DNA of 64,000 bases, taken from positions 11,936 to 75,935 of the forward strand of contig DJKW01000004.1 in the NCBI GenBank assembly GCA_002434805.1, read 5' to 3'. Made by a program: the position numbers and the translations under genes. Shown here one piece after another: positions 62,232 through 64,000 of this stretch. This stretch comes from Patescibacteria group bacterium UBA6532 (GTDB lineage Bacteria > Patescibacteriota > Minisyncoccia > Minisyncoccales > UBA6532). The notes beneath the pieces were generated by a model. That model worked only from the letters and a program-made list of their open reading frames with translations, did not search any database and was not told the DNA's origin. How positions within the stretch are numbered: position 1 is the stretch's first letter; every line of letters begins with the position of its first letter.

Positions 62232-64000
62232 ATGAATCTATCTACTCCAATTGGCCAACTTCCTCGGATCGGACCTATCTACCAAAGAAAGCTAAAGAGA
62301 TTAGGCGTTAAAACGGTAAAAGACCTTTTTTTCCACTTTCCTCATCGCTATGAGGATTTTTCGAATATAATTCCCGTTTCCAACGTGAAGCTTAATGAAA
62401 CTTGCTGCATTCAAGGAAAAATCTTGGAAATTGAAAATACGAGGACCTGGAGAAAAAAAATGTCTTTAACCCATGTTGTTGTCGGAGATAAAACCGGAGC
62501 CATAAAAGTAATCTGGTATAACCAGCCCTATTTAATTAAAACCTTAAAGAAAGGAGATTCTATTTGCCTGACCGGAAAAATGGTCTTAGGGAAAAGAGAT
62601 GCTTATCTTAATAATCCTTCTTACGAAAAATTAGGAAGCCTGGAGGATTTAACTCATACGGGAAGAATAGTTCCGGTTTATCCTGAAACCGAAGGGCTTT
62701 CTTCCAGATGGCTGAGATTTATCTTAAAGCCGCTTTTAATCCATTTAAAAAGCAAAATTAAAGATCCTCTGCCAAAAGAAATAATAAAAAAGCACAAACT
62801 CTTAGATATTCAAAAAGCAATCTGGCAGGTTCATTTTCCAGATTCCCTAAACTTGGCTAAAAAGGCCCAGGAAAGATTTTCTTTTGAAGGGCTTTTTGAT
62901 ATCTCACTCTTTACCTTAAAAGCAAGAATGATCATGGCTTCCAAAAAAGCTCCAAGTATTCCCATTGACTTGGAATTGGTTCAGAGATTTGTTAAATCTT
63001 TATCTTTTAAATTGACTGACGCTCAAAAAAAATCCAGCTGGCGGATATTAAAGGATATTGAAAAACCCCGGCCAATGAACCGGCTTTTGGAAGGAGACGT
63101 CGGATCGGGAAAAACTGTGGTAGCTACCATGGCAGCTTTAAATGTTATAAAGGGGGGCTATCAAGCAGCTTTTATGGCTCCAACGGAAATTCTAGCCAAA
63201 CAGCACTTCAAAACACTAGCTGACCTGGTAAAGGACTTTAAGCTTGACCTCGGTCTTTTGACAGGAAAAGAAGACAAGTTTGTTTCCAAAAAACTGAAAA
63301 ACGACGTCATTGAGATCTCTCGAAAAAAGCTTTTAGAAAAGACAGAGGAAGGTAAAATCAACCTTCTTATCGGCACCCATGCTTTAATCCAGGACAAAGT
63401 TAAGTTTGCCAACCTCGGCCTGGTTATTTTAGACGAACAACACAGGTTCGGAGTAAAGCAAAGAGCTAAACTGAGCAAAAAGACAAAACAAGCCATTCCC
63501 CACCTCCTTTCAATGACAGCTACCCCAATCCCCAGAACCTTAGCTCTTACCATTTACGGAGACCTGGACTTATCTTTAATTAATGAACTGCCAAAAGGAA
63601 GAAAAAAGGTAATTACCAAAGTAGTGTCTCTAAAAGACCGCCAGAAATCCTACGGCTTTATTAAAAAACAGGTAAAGAAAGGAAAACAGATATTTGTCAT
63701 CTGCCCAAGAATTGAAAAAGGCGAGAAAAAAGATAAAAAAGGAGATATTTTGGGCTGGGCTGAAGCCAAAGCTGTTAAAGAAGAGCACAAAAAGCTTTCT
63801 GAAAGTATTTTTCCTCATTTAAAAGTAGGGATGCTCCATGGAAAAATGCCCCTTAAAGAAAAAGAAAGAATGATGAAAGATTTCAAAAACAAAAAAGTTG
63901 ATATTTTAGTCTCAACTTCAGTTGTAGAAGTAGGAATTGATATCCCCAATGCTACGGTTATGATGATAGAGGGAGCAGAAAGATTTGGCTTGGCCCAGCT
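62232..64000 (+). CDS. recG: ATP-dependent DNA helicase RecG (partial, runs off window end)
   Basis: Not in ORF track. MNLSTPIGQLPRIG...FPHRYED; MNRLLEGDVGSGKT, MAPTEILA.QH, DEQHRFGV.QR, MTATPIPRTL, ERFGLAQ. Confidence 0.95.
   Translation, partial: MNLSTPIGQLPRIGPIYQRKLKRLGVKTVKDLFFHFPHRYEDFSNIIPVSNVKLNETCCIQGKILEIENTRTWRKKMSLTHVVVGDKTGAIKVIWYNQPYLIKTLKKGDSICLTGKMVLGKRDAYLNNPSYEKLGSLEDLTHTGRIVPVYPETEGLSSRWLRFILKPLLIHLKSKIKDPLPKEIIKKHKLLDIQKAIWQVHFPDSLNLAKKAQERFSFEGLFDISLFTLKARMIMASKKAPSIPIDLELVQRFVKSLSFKLTDAQKKSSWRILKDIEKPRPMNRLLEGDVGSGKTVVATMAALNVIKGGYQAAFMAPTEILAKQHFKTLADLVKDFKLDLGLLTGKEDKFVSKKLKNDVIEISRKKLLEKTEEGKINLLIGTHALIQDKVKFANLGLVILDEQHRFGVKQRAKLSKKTKQAIPHLLSMTATPIPRTLALTIYGDLDLSLINELPKGRKKVITKVVSLKDRQKSYGFIKKQVKKGKQIFVICPRIEKGEKKDKKGDILGWAEAKAVKEEHKKLSESIFPHLKVGMLHGKMPLKEKERMMKDFKNKKVDILVSTSVVEVGIDIPNATVMMIEGAERFGLAQ

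Overview
Gene-dense, AT-rich bacterial chromosome segment using the standard genetic code, with most genes on the minus strand. Gene content and style point to Patescibacteria/CPR, probably Parcubacteria (inference). (1) 1-26.2 kb: large surface-glycan locus with six GT4s, a GT2, two GT-C-type membrane proteins, UDP-sugar dehydrogenase/epimerases/decarboxylase, two DegT aminotransferases, an N-acetyltransferase, an AsnB amidotransferase, a B12 radical SAM enzyme, a FemAB-like GNAT with a polysaccharide deacetylase, and a PIG-L/ATP-grasp/PHP/nucleotidyltransferase module. Two antisense solo genes in this locus share a promoter architecture. (2) 26.2-34.5 kb: a 1464-aa S-layer-like protein and a paralog sharing near-identical peptidoglycan-binding-domain DNA. 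They sit below an apparent regulatory cascade: DnaA-type boxes, a leader peptide with terminator, a helical-bundle/wHTH regulator, an operator-like palindrome, an ECF sigma, an ECF-type promoter, a putative anti-sigma, and a structured leader. (3) 34.6-37 kb: a decaying Phd/Doc-like module and a variant PP2C. (4) 37-64 kb: housekeeping genes: clpB, mpg, solo Cas4-like nuclease, infA-rpmJ-rpsM-rpsK-rpsD-rpoA-rplQ-rplM-rpsI, an FtsA-like/baseplate-J-like pair, alaS, mnmA, tpiA, a pilin, galT, a glmU-like gene, yvcK, leuS, tatD, tRNA-Arg(GCG) and a partial recG. No CRISPR array, integrase, transposase or reverse transcriptase was seen. All family calls come from motif recognition by eye; no searches were run.
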